Shown: piece by piece, positions 50,153-59,165 of the stretch
Layout: every line of letters starts with the position of its first letter
Numbering within the stretch: the first letter of the stretch is position 1
Assembly: GCA_029258835.1 (NCBI GenBank)
Contig: JAPDJY010000049.1
Span: forward strand, 1-60,738
Length of the DNA: 60,738 bases
Source: Thermoproteota archaeon
Lineage (GTDB): Archaea; Asgardarchaeota; Jordiarchaeia; Jordiarchaeales; Freyrarchaeaceae
Reading direction: 5' to 3'
Notes under the pieces: model-generated
Database searches by the model: none
Told to the model about the DNA's origin: nothing
Seen by the model: only the letters and a program-made list of their open reading frames with translations
Made by a program: the position numbers and the translations under genes

Positions 50153-50497
50153 AAAACCAATCAAGCGTGAACCCCCAAAATCAGCACCACCATCACTCCC
50201 CCGTTCTCTTTAAATATTAATTTTCTCATTGGAAGCCATCTGTAACCATCCTCTTCCATCAACTTTTCTCCAGAAAACCCTTCTGCGTGAGGGGGTGTTT
50301 AATTCGAGCAAACGAATGTGTTCAACGCCGTTGAGGGGTGAATGCTTGAGGAAATGGGCAGCCACGCGTTCTCCGAATTCAACCAAGCATCTTCACCAAG
50401 CTGGCTTCGTTAACCTCCCCGCTGAACCCAAAAAGTTATTTATCATTTTCCATTTAGTTGTTTCGGCTGTTAAGAAAACCTCCTTGGAGGGTTCATT

Positions 50498-51142
50498 GTG
50501 ATAATTACCGTAGCCAAGCCTGACGAGGAATTAAAGCGTGTCCTCGAACCATACGGTAACTTGGTCGTCATAGGGTGCGGGACCTGCGCTACAATATGTA
50601 GGACTGGCGGGGAGGACCAGGTCAAGGAGATGGTTAAGAAGCTTATCGGTTGGGGTAAAAACGTCCTTGCAGCAATGGTTATAGAGTCCCCGTGCGACAT
50701 ACGGATCGACAGGAGGGATTTAAAGCGTATCAGCGACGAGGTGGACAGGGCTGACGCCTTGCTTGTGATGTCCTGCGGTGTTGGGGTTCAAGCTGTTGGA
50801 GAGGCTAGCGGGAAGAGGACGCTTGCAGCCCTTGACACCGTTTTCCTTGGCGAGGTTGAACACATAGGACGCTTCTACGAGCGGTGTAGGGAGTGTGGGG
50901 TCTGCATACTAAACGAGACGGAAGGACTCTGCCCAATGGTCCTCTGTGCTAAGGGACTTCTTAATGGCCCATGCGAGGACATGGTCGACGGAAAGTGCGG
51001 TGCCGTGGAGGGCGACGTCGACTGTGTCTGGGTGAAGATATGGGAGAGGATGAAAGAGGAGGGGAGAGAGGACGACTTCCTGAAGGTTAACCCTCCATTC
51101 GATAGAGGCGTTAAGGCTGGAGCAGCTAAAGTTGTGTGGTGA
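50498..51142 (+). CDS. metV: MetV (methylene-THF reductase Fe-S/Zn accessory subunit)
   Basis: GCGTCATICRTGG, SCGVGVQ, CRECGVC, CP...CAKGLLNGPC, DCVWVKIWER. Confidence 0.88.
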   Translation: MIITVAKPDEELKRVLEPYGNLVVIGCGTCATICRTGGEDQVKEMVKKLIGWGKNVLAAMVIESPCDIRIDRRDLKRISDEVDRADALLVMSCGVGVQAVGEASGKRTLAALDTVFLGEVEHIGRFYERCRECGVCILNETEGLCPMVLCAKGLLNGPCEDMVDGKCGAVEGDVDCVWVKIWERMKEEGREDDFLKVNPPFDRGVKAGAAKVVW

Positions 51143-52041
51143 CCATGTTGGTTGGCTTTAGGGACGTTCTCGGAGAGGGATTCACTTGGATCGGGCAGGT
51201 CGACTCTGTCAGAGGCTTGAGCGCTGACGGATTAGTTAACGCGGTCAAGTCTATGGGTGACATTTCAGCTGTGATCGTTTCCGAGCCCCGAAGCATTCTA
51301 GGCGTCGCCAACACCGTCGTCGTCTCCGGGATAATTAAGAGGGAAACCGGCTTAGAGGTTATCTGTCAGCTAACCTGCAGAGACCGGAACCGTGTAGCCC
51401 TCTTATCCGACGTGTTGGCAGCTGGAATGCTTGGAGTAAACGGCTTCCTTGTTGTTGACGGCAGCCATCCCAAGATGGGTGACATTCCTCAGGCGATGGC
51501 AGTGTTTGACGTTGACTCCACGCAGCTCGTACAGATGCTAAGGGACCTCTCCGCTAAGGGGTTAACCCCTGGAGGACACCGGGTTGGCAGTCCACTCAAC
51601 CTATGCGTAGGCGTGATAGGCGTCCCTTCAGCTTCCCCCCTTGAAGTCGAAGTGAAACGCATTGAGAGGGCTTCCAGAATTGGCTTAGACTTTATCCTGA
51701 CTTATCCAACGTTCAGCATTGAGGCGCTGAAGCAGTTTCACAGCGAGGTGAAGAGGCTTAAAGTGCCCGTTATAGTAGGGGTGAGGATGCCTTCGGACGT
51801 AAAGGACGCTAGAATCCTCAATGAGGATCCACGAGTCACCGTCCCACCCGAACTGCTGAGTAACCTCGAGAAGGCTGAGGGGCTGAAAGGGGAGGAGAAG
51901 ATTGAAGCATGCGTCAAAGCAAACCTTGACTTCTTCGAAGACTTCATTAAAGAGGTTAAATCTGATGGGTTTGCAGGATGCAGCATCCACTCTCCAGGCA
52001 TAGAGGCGGCTGTGAAGGAGCTGGTGTCAAAACTTAAGTAA
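51136..52041 (+). CDS. metF: Methylenetetrahydrofolate reductase (divergent)
   Basis: QLTCRDRNRVAL.SD.LAA, G.HPKMGD.P.A.AVFD.DS.QL; coupled to metV. Confidence 0.85.
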   Translation: MVTMLVGFRDVLGEGFTWIGQVDSVRGLSADGLVNAVKSMGDISAVIVSEPRSILGVANTVVVSGIIKRETGLEVICQLTCRDRNRVALLSDVLAAGMLGVNGFLVVDGSHPKMGDIPQAMAVFDVDSTQLVQMLRDLSAKGLTPGGHRVGSPLNLCVGVIGVPSASPLEVEVKRIERASRIGLDFILTYPTFSIEALKQFHSEVKRLKVPVIVGVRMPSDVKDARILNEDPRVTVPPELLSNLEKAEGLKGEEKIEACVKANLDFFEDFIKEVKSDGFAGCSIHSPGIEAAVKELVSKLK

Positions 52042-52322
52042 CCACGTGAAACACCTCTCTTCCCTTTAGAGAGCCTTTCCACCCTCTTTTTAGAGAGGCT
52101 TTTATAGAGGAGACTGTTAAAAACGTGCTTCTCCCCTAACGGAGAGAAAAATCTAAAGAGAGAAAAATCTAAATACTGATGTCTCTCTTTACAGAGAGAT
52201 AGCAATTGTTAAATGTTGGGTTGTGAAGCCTTAACTCGGAGCGGTAAAACCGTTCTCCCGTGAAGGCGGCGTCCTGCTCCGGTAGGTGGAACCCTCCTGA
52301 AATGCCGAGAAAGGTGGTTCCT

Positions 52323-53000
52323 TTGTCCAGCCTAGCTAGTTGGTTCCGCATCAGGAGAGAAGAGCTAGCCATAAAGATGCTTAGGGAGCACAGTAAGAAG
52401 GTTTTTAACTGCGTCACCGAACTAGTCCATCTCGTCAACCTAATCATGGATGGCGGCGAATCAGAAGAAATATCAATGTCGATAAAGAGGATCAACGAGA
52501 TGGAGCATGAAGCCGATATAATGCGGAGGAACATACTTGAAGAGCTCTGCAAGGGGAAGCTTGAACCATCCGAGAGAGAGGACCTGGTGCACCTCACGAA
52601 GAGAATGGACGCCGTAGCCAACAACGCCAACGCCGCCGCTAGAAGGATCTCCATACTCGACTACAAGCACGTTAAAATTCTCGGCGGCTCATTCGTAAAA
52701 ATGGTTGGAGACGCTGAAAAATGCGTGAGGAAGCTTCTGGAAACCATGGAGGCTCTGCGAAGAGGAAAAGAGGTTTCAGGCTTAGTGGACGAGGTGAACC
52801 AGCTTGAATACGAGGTGGACCAGGACAACTTGGCTTTAAGGAAGGAGCTTCAGAGCAAGACATGTGAAAACATAGGTCCCTTCACGGCTATAACCCTAAG
52901 CAACCTCATAGAGTTCGTTGAGGGAATAGCCGACTCAGCCGAGGAAACAGCAGAGTTCATAAGGCTTGTCTCGATAAAAAGAATCCAGACAAAGCGTTAA
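52323..53000 (+). CDS. DUF47 / PhoU-like phosphate transport regulator
   Basis: [31 protein letters not shown]; TTG start after AAGGTGG. Confidence 0.85.
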   Translation: MSSLASWFRIRREELAIKMLREHSKKVFNCVTELVHLVNLIMDGGESEEISMSIKRINEMEHEADIMRRNILEELCKGKLEPSEREDLVHLTKRMDAVANNANAAARRISILDYKHVKILGGSFVKMVGDAEKCVRKLLETMEALRRGKEVSGLVDEVNQLEYEVDQDNLALRKELQSKTCENIGPFTAITLSNLIEFVEGIADSAEETAEFIRLVSIKRIQTKR

Positions 53001-53043
53001 CCTAGGCGGCGTCCGAGCACCCCTCCTTAATGGAGGATTTACG

Positions 53044-53322
53044 TTGAAGACCCGGGTAAGGGTTGTGGTTAGCGGCAGGGTTCAAGGGGTATTCTTCAGG
53101 TACACTACTAGGAGGGAGGCAAAGGCTAGAGGCGTAACCGGCTGGGTTAGGAACCTTCCAGACGGGCGCGTCGAAGCAGTGTTTGAAGGCGAGGAGGAGA
53201 AGGTGAGGGAACTAGTAGATTTCTGCAGGCGGGGGCCACCCGGAGCAAGAGTTACCGGAATAGAAGTCTTCTGGGAGGAATATAAAGGAGAGTTCAAAGA
53301 CTTTAAGATAAGGTACGGGTGA
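53044..53322 (+). CDS. acyP: Acylphosphatase
   Basis: [27 protein letters not shown]. Confidence 0.95.
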   Translation: MKTRVRVVVSGRVQGVFFRYTTRREAKARGVTGWVRNLPDGRVEAVFEGEEEKVRELVDFCRRGPPGARVTGIEVFWEEYKGEFKDFKIRYG

Positions 53323-53336
53323 AGAACCCCTTCCAA

Positions 53337-53861
53337 CTACCATTTTTCGTAGTGGAGTACTTTCTCCAGAGGTATCCTAGGGGGCATCGACGGAACCCTC
53401 CTAGGACGCCCAACAGGGATTATTGCCAGAGGTCTGACGTCCTCCGGCAACTCCAAGATCCTCCATACTTCCCTCTCGTCGAACGCCCCAACCCAGCACG
53501 TAGCCAATCCCATAGCGGTCGCCGCTAAGTGTATGTTCTGGGTTGCTGCAGCGGTGTCCTGTATCACGTAGAGGTTTGCCCCTCTAGACCCGTAGCGCGT
53601 CGCCGTCCTAGGAATGTTTGCGCAGACCACTATGACCACTGGCGCCTCAGCCACAAATCTTTGCCCAAGAGCTGCTCTAGCCAATGCCATCTTACGCCTC
53701 TCATCCCTTACAACTATAAACTCCCATGGCTGAAGGTTCCCTGCTGAGGGTGCCAGGATTGCCGCCTCAAGCAGCCTCCTCACCTCCTCCTCAGAGACGT
53801 CCTCATCCAGATAACTCCTAACACTCCTCCTCTTCCTCACAACCTCAAAGAAATCCAACAA
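53337..53861 (-). CDS. Nitroreductase family protein
   Basis: RRSVRSY, APSAGNLQPWEF, QN..LAA.AMGL.TCWVG. Confidence 0.92.
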   Translation of the reverse strand: MLDFFEVVRKRRSVRSYLDEDVSEEEVRRLLEAAILAPSAGNLQPWEFIVVRDERRKMALARAALGQRFVAEAPVVIVVCANIPRTATRYGSRGANLYVIQDTAAATQNIHLAATAMGLATCWVGAFDEREVWRILELPEDVRPLAIIPVGRPRRVPSMPPRIPLEKVLHYEKW

Positions 53862-53934
53862 AGCCACCTCCCACAAACATTTTCTGGAACCTTTTCAATG
53901 CACTTCTCGTATCTAAATCACGCCAAACGAACAT
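53845..53934 (-). pseudogene. 5' fragment of a third paralog of the 4-TM membrane protein
   Basis: MFVWRDLDTRSALKR matches MFVWRDLDTKIALKR and MVWKELDTKTALKR; runs into the nitroreductase start. Confidence 0.8.
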
Positions 53935-54188
53935 ACTATCAACCTCCTAAAAATGGGGGAAATTAATGTTAATTCCCTCCTTTATTTGAACATTATTCTA
54001 AAATCACATACGATCCCAGCCATACCCAGTGCTCAAAACCACAGTAACTATTAATAGCATTAAAGAAATTAACGTGACTTGTAGATGCACTGAACCATAT
54101 AATTAAACCCTCATAAGGTTAAATCTTTTATATTTTATGTTGGCTGACTATTTGTAAAAAAGAGAAAAGAAAAGGAGGTAAGTTAATA

Positions 54189-54796
54189 CTATTTTGAGTT
54201 TTGACTACCTTTGACAGTTTCTAAATACCTCTTTAGTACTCTCTCAATCCTAGATCCAAAATACAGAGAGCCCAGTAAATTGATTGGAAAAAGAAGAAAG
54301 AAGAAATCTGAAAAATAGGAGGGTAGCATTCCAAACTGAGCAGTAACCCAAAGCGAGGCAAAAAGGTATGCCAATATGCTGGTCAATGTGAAAGCAACGA
54401 CAATTAACTTTTCTTTGTTTGAAAGTTGAACTATAAAAGATTTGATTTCTCCATGTACCTTACCGAACTTTTCGAATCCCTTAACATCTTTAAAAGGACG
54501 AGTAAAAGGGGCTGTCCACGTGCTAATCACTGCAAGGGGTAAGGAAATAAAGAGGAGCGCCACTATAAACACCGTTGTACTAGTAATAACTGGAATCACC
54601 AGTTCGCCACCCATTTTATCCCAAGAGAGGTGTATTCAAACAATCCATAACCTGTGAAAAAACTGAATGAGTAACTTAGGAAATTAAAATAAAAAGTAAA
54701 AGTGATTGCAACAAATAACGGTAATAAAGAGAGTACATGCAATATGTTTAACCTTTTTAGTGCAATTTTCGTATCTAAATCACGCCAAACAAACAT
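54189..54796 (-). pseudogene. 4-TM membrane protein paralog 2 with a single frameshift at ~54610
   Basis: ORFs 54596-54796 and 54189-54614 together align to the 54849-55454 protein. Confidence 0.8.
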
Positions 54797-54848
54797 ATTC
54801 TATTAGCCTCCTAAAAAATGGTTGAGGGAGAGAAAGCAAGTTTCCTTT

Positions 54849-55454
54849 TTAATTAAACTCTAAAAGGTTTTTCGCATATTCTTGCAGTTCTCTTTCAATT
54901 CTAAATCCAAAATAGAACACAAGAAGGTAACTTGTTGCGCCAAGACCTAGGAATAGTGAACTTAAGTTTACTGTTACTATCCCGAACAAAGTAAGAAACC
55001 ACAGCGATAGAAACAGGCATGCTAAGATAATAGCTAATGCGGTAGCGGCGGTGAGCTGTTTCCCCTTGGGGTCTTGAGAGGTAAATAGTTTTACTGCCTC
55101 ACACACCTTACCATAGTTTTCGAATCCACTCACGTTTTTAAGAGGACGAACAAAGGAGTTGATCCAAGTGCCCATCACCAGTAATGACGCCAGAGGAACT
55201 ATGAAAAGAAGCACAACAAGCACCGTAGTACCGGTAATCACAGGAAACACTAGCTCCCCAAAACACTTCAAACCAAAGGAAGTGAACTCGAAAAATAATC
55301 CGTAACCCGTAAAAGACCTGAACGAAAACCCAAAGAAATACTGGTAAAACGTAAACACAACAACTATCGAATACGCCACAAGAAACGGTGCAGACAAAAT
55401 ATACAACCTTTTTAACGCAGTTTTCGTATCCAATTCCTTCCAAACCATCACCAT
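54849..55454 (-). CDS. Hypothetical 4-TM membrane protein (paralog 1) in an AT-rich island
   Basis: Four hydrophobic segments; homology to the two downstream copies. Confidence 0.8.
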   Translation of the reverse strand: MVMVWKELDTKTALKRLYILSAPFLVAYSIVVVFTFYQYFFGFSFRSFTGYGLFFEFTSFGLKCFGELVFPVITGTTVLVVLLFIVPLASLLVMGTWINSFVRPLKNVSGFENYGKVCEAVKLFTSQDPKGKQLTAATALAIILACLFLSLWFLTLFGIVTVNLSSLFLGLGATSYLLVFYFGFRIERELQEYAKNLLEFN

Positions 55455-55754
55455 TCAACCTCTTTATAAAAATTATAACGGAAATTGTGTGTGGCATGAT
55501 GTAGTGAGTATGTTTTTTATTCTTTTTCAGGTTTGTTGGTGGTTTGTCTGTCTCCCTTTTTTAAGCCTTGATTCCCGGAGAGAAGCCCTCACAAATCTCC
55601 CTTCACAACCGCTAGAACACATACACCCCCTCAAAAAACATACATGTTACATCGTGCCATTGTGTATATTCTAGTTGGAGTGTTCTGGGGTTCTGGTATC
55701 GAATATGGTTGGTGTTTCTGATTAATTTTTCTGATTTTATCTTCCCGTTGCTTG

Positions 55755-55991
55755 CAAGACCCCTTCCGAAAGGGAGGGGATACGCAAGGGGAGGTGGGCG
55801 GGTAGTTAAGTTTAAATACTCTGCCAGATAGGCTGTATCTTGTAGCCCCTCCTTAACTGGAGGAGGGGGATGCGGGGCCTGTGGCCGCCCCGAAGGGTGC
55901 ATGAGCTTGAGGCGTAAAGCCTCAGGTGAACGCCCGACCTCGCAAGCTTCCACGCCGGAAGCCCCTTGCGCAAGCAAGGGGAGGAGGTCAC
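55755..55991 (+). mobile_element. Miniature non-autonomous IS200/IS605 derivative: left-end hairpin, promoter, omegaRNA-like scaffold, right end
   Basis: ccccttcc-gaaa-gggagggg hairpin; aagtttaaata TATA at 55811; internal hairpins; right end gaagccccttgc-gcaa-gcaaggggaggaggTCAC. Confidence 0.78.
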
Positions 55992-56183
55992 TTCTTCTCC
56001 CCTCTCTTAACTTTTTTAGCCTGCTCAGGGTTGCTATCCTTTTTGGTTGAACAGGCAACGAGGAGTCAACACTCCCGATCTGGTGAAGCCGTGCGAGCCC
56101 TGAGAAAAGAGCCGCTTTTCGTGTTCTCAAAGATTTTTCGGGTAGAGCTGTCTTCGCGTCCAAAACATGTGTATCCCTCGTTT

Positions 56184-56555
56184 TCAGAAGCGCGTTCTTC
56201 TCTCGTAGAGGACGATTCCCCTCCTCTCCGCCTCCCTGACGATGGGAACGTCTAATTCCTCCACCGTGTAAGGGAACACATCAACCGGAAAATCTACCTC
56301 AAACCTCGCAGCCCAATCACTAATCCTATCCATGAATGGTCTATCATCTCTCTCGAGAATTACGAGTATGTCAGCATCACTCCCCGGCACAGCCCTTCCC
56401 TCCGCCAGGGAGCCGAAAAGCACTATCCTCACCACGTTCTTATCCCCTTCTCCGATTCTCCCCGCCACACTTCTAAGCTCCTCGACCAGTCCGGTCTGAT
56501 CGAGCCAGAATACCCTTACAGAACCCAAGGATTCTTCCCGCACAAACGATCGCAT
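56184..56555 (-). CDS. Minimal nucleotidyltransferase
   Basis: VLFGSLAEG.A.PGSDADILVIL, VDVFPYT; ATG 56555 lies inside the HEPN 3' end. Confidence 0.88.
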   Translation of the reverse strand: MRSFVREESLGSVRVFWLDQTGLVEELRSVAGRIGEGDKNVVRIVLFGSLAEGRAVPGSDADILVILERDDRPFMDRISDWAARFEVDFPVDVFPYTVEELDVPIVREAERRGIVLYERRTRF

Positions 56556-56889
56556 CCTCAGCGTCCCTCCTATTGAAATACTCATACGGGCTCCCCGACT
56601 CAAAACTATTAGGATACCTCGAAGGAATATAATATCTGTCCAATGTACGCGCGTAATCCAAAATCTCGTCACTAACCTCCAACCTGTTTGCAAGAATCCT
56701 GAGCAGGTCAAACACCGAGTGACCCCAAGCGACAGCACCAAGTCTCTGGAGAACCGCCTTAACCGCCTTCTCCGAAGCCTGCTGAGCCATAAAACAAGCC
56801 CACTCGAAGAAACCTGCTCTCAGCATCTCCTCCGCAGCCCTCAGATCCCTATCTGCCTGCCTCATCCAGTCTTCACTCCGCTCAGGCAT
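56473..56889 (-). CDS. HEPN domain protein
   Basis: DW.RQA.RDL, WACF.AQQASEKAVKA, GHS, LDRYYIPSRYPN. Confidence 0.92.
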   Translation of the reverse strand: MPERSEDWMRQADRDLRAAEEMLRAGFFEWACFMAQQASEKAVKAVLQRLGAVAWGHSVFDLLRILANRLEVSDEILDYARTLDRYYIPSRYPNSFESGSPYEYFNRRDAEDAIVCAGRILGFCKGILARSDRTGRGA

Positions 56890-57023
56890 CCACGACCCTT
56901 CCTAGTACTCTTCGCGGATTACTAGTAGAATCTCGTTCCGCTATTTTCCTTTTTCACGCTCTCTCCTCAATAAGAAGTTTAAAATTAAAACTCTTATAAA
57001 CATATTCTCAAAGCAGAAAGGTG

Positions 57024-57122
57024 ACGCAGAATCGTATGATGTTGCTCGGAAAAGGGATGTTTTTACTGTTTCTTTCATGGTTCGGAACCCTATGCTGGAA
57101 ACATGACCAGACGATTCTGCGT
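57024..57122. repeat. Perfect 12-bp inverted repeat enclosing 75 bp
   Basis: acgcagaatcgt (57024-57035) / acgattctgcgt (57111-57122). Confidence 0.8.
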
Positions 57123-57244
57123 AAGCCAAAAAAAGACACACTTTTTATGTCCAACTCGCACCACCACAACCTATCACACTTAAGTAGATGAAATCCATTC
57201 TTAATTTCTATCGTTCAACCTTTTCCGAAATATAGTGTAACTCC

Positions 57245-57530
57245 CTATCCACACCCAGTGTTCGAAACCGCAGTAACCGTTAATCCAGTTAAAGAGATTA
57301 ATGCCGGTTTAAACGTTGCTGCCTCATCCATGGCTAATTTTACGTCTTCAAGCTTTGCCGGCTCCCTTATATACACCACAGCGTTAACTATACGCTTCGA
57401 GTTAAGAAATGATGTGAGCTCGTCTAAGTCGCCATTGTACATCGATGCGCCGATTACCTGTATGCCTCCCTCACCTGTCTTCTTCACGTAAACCTTTGGA
57501 CGTGGCTTATTCAGGTATAATTTGTATTTT
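57245..57530 (-). pseudogene. Internal fragment of a DRG/OBG-family GTPase
   Basis: LYLNKPRPKVYVKKTGEGGIQVIG...I.NAVVYIREP..LEDV...FKPALI resembles the DRG insertion domain; no G1 motif or TGS domain. Confidence 0.65.
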
Positions 57531-57634
57531 TCTCCCTCCCGGAGTGCTGGTTGCTGTCCACCTCCTTCATGATTAGGAAAATACTTTTTAAAAGGGCTCC
57601 TCTAAATGTGTCCTAGCTGCGTGAGGAGGAGTTT

Positions 57635-58078
57635 GTGATGGGTGAAGAAGTAGTCTTCGTGGCCGAGGCCTCCCTGGCGTGGCGTGGAGACTTCAAGTTT
57701 AACGCTAAGGTCGGCGACCTCCCTGAGCTTCCGATGGATGAGCCTCCTGAGATCGGGGGTGAGGCGTCAGGGTTCAGCCCCCTCGACCTGCTCGCCGCAT
57801 CCATAGGAGGGTGCCTTTCGGCAGCGTTAATCTTCTGCTTGAAGAAGGCTAGAGTGGAACCCGTTGAAGTATCCGTTAAGTCTAAGGTCACGGTGGTGAG
57901 GGAGGACGGCTACCTCCGAGTGAAGAGGGTAGACGTGGACCTAACACCCGTCTTCAGCGGTGAAGCCATGAAAAAGGCGGAGAGGTGCCTTGAAATCTTC
58001 AGAAACTACTGCATAGTCACGGAGTCCGTGGCTAGAGGGATCCCAGTCACCGTCAACTTAAACGCGAAAAAGAGCTAA
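57635..58078 (+). CDS. OsmC/Ohr-family protein (paralog of 36693-37124)
   Basis: DEPPEIGG..SG.SP.DLLAASIGGC, NYCIVTES. Confidence 0.88.
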   Translation: MMGEEVVFVAEASLAWRGDFKFNAKVGDLPELPMDEPPEIGGEASGFSPLDLLAASIGGCLSAALIFCLKKARVEPVEVSVKSKVTVVREDGYLRVKRVDVDLTPVFSGEAMKKAERCLEIFRNYCIVTESVARGIPVTVNLNAKKS

Positions 58079-58109
58079 ACCCTCCTTCCCTTGTTTTTCA
58101 CGCCGTTTC

Positions 58110-58622
58110 TTACGTCGCTCCCTTCAGCTTCTTCTTAAGCGCCTCTATCGCCCCTCCGCTTCTAATTATCTCCATGAGGAAGTCTGGCAGCACCGTCCCC
58201 TGAAGCTCGACTCCGGTGGTTAGGTTTCTCACCTTCCCGCTTTCAAGGTCGACTTCGACCTCGTCCCCTTCGCCAACCTTCTCCGAAACCCCTTTACACT
58301 CGATCACCGGCAACCCCAAGTTTATGGCGTTCCTGAAAAATATCCTCGCGAAAGACTCTGCGATGATGGCTCCCACTCCTAGACGTTTAAGCACGAATGG
58401 CGCCTCCTCCCTGCTGGAGCCGCAGCCGAAGTTTTTACCCGCCACCACCACGTCACCGGGCTTAACGTTCCCGGCGAAGTCTGGCCTTACCACCTCCATC
58501 GCATGGCTGGCCATCTCGTCCGGGTCACGCAGCGTCAAATATCTTCCTGGGATTACCACGTCCGTGTCGATGTTATCCCCAAACTTCCAAGCTCTCCCAC
58601 GAACCTTCACGGACACCACCAC
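58110..58622 (-). CDS. leuD: 3-isopropylmalate dehydratase/homoaconitase small subunit
   Basis: FGDNIDTD.VIPGRYL, GKNFGCGSSRE, SFARIFFRNAIN.GLP; substrate specificity unresolved. Confidence 0.9.
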   Translation of the reverse strand: MVVSVKVRGRAWKFGDNIDTDVVIPGRYLTLRDPDEMASHAMEVVRPDFAGNVKPGDVVVAGKNFGCGSSREEAPFVLKRLGVGAIIAESFARIFFRNAINLGLPVIECKGVSEKVGEGDEVEVDLESGKVRNLTTGVELQGTVLPDFLMEIIRSGGAIEALKKKLKGAT

Positions 58623-58686
58623 ACAGCATTTAAACGTATCTTCCTTTTGTCTTTTCTGTCATTCAAAAGCCTGACGTTTAAACCTG

Positions 58687-59160
58687 CTAGAAGGCTCCAC
58701 GCACTCCCTTCTCCTCCGGCCTCGACCCGAAGAGAAACCTTCCTATTATTATCCCGAGCCAGAGCCAGAAGGGGTAAAGGGCAAAGAGCACCATGGCTAC
58801 GCTTAAGCTGACGGGGTCTGTTATGAAAACCGAGAAGACGCTTGCCGGAAGCTCTAAAGGGTTCGGGGTGACTATCTGGATTATCCCGGAGTTGATCATG
58901 AAGTCATGCCCCATGAGGGAGAACACCGGGAGGGGGAGCGACCAGACGAAGTTCATCATCATCCAGTACGGTGGAAAGTAGATGTTGTTCACGTACAACG
59001 GGATGGCTATGCCATAGAAGATCGCTATCGTCACGACGGAAAGCGTCAGGGTTAACGTTTTCCTTATATGGAAAACCGGCTTCTGCTTCGTCACCCAAGC
59101 CACCAACACGCCTATCCCCATAAGCATGAAGACGTCTAAAATGAAGCTCACATCCACCAC
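58687..59160 (-). CDS. Hypothetical membrane protein
   Basis: Three to four hydrophobic segments; directly downstream of the SDR gene. Confidence 0.75.
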   Translation of the reverse strand: MVDVSFILDVFMLMGIGVLVAWVTKQKPVFHIRKTLTLTLSVVTIAIFYGIAIPLYVNNIYFPPYWMMMNFVWSLPLPVFSLMGHDFMINSGIIQIVTPNPLELPASVFSVFITDPVSLSVAMVLFALYPFWLWLGIIIGRFLFGSRPEEKGVRGAF

Positions 59161-59165
59161 CCCCT

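Noticed and set aside
55612-56255. ORFs 55612-56163 (-) and 55926-56255 (+) as proteins
   Set aside because: They cross the structured mini-IS element and have no protein-like motifs
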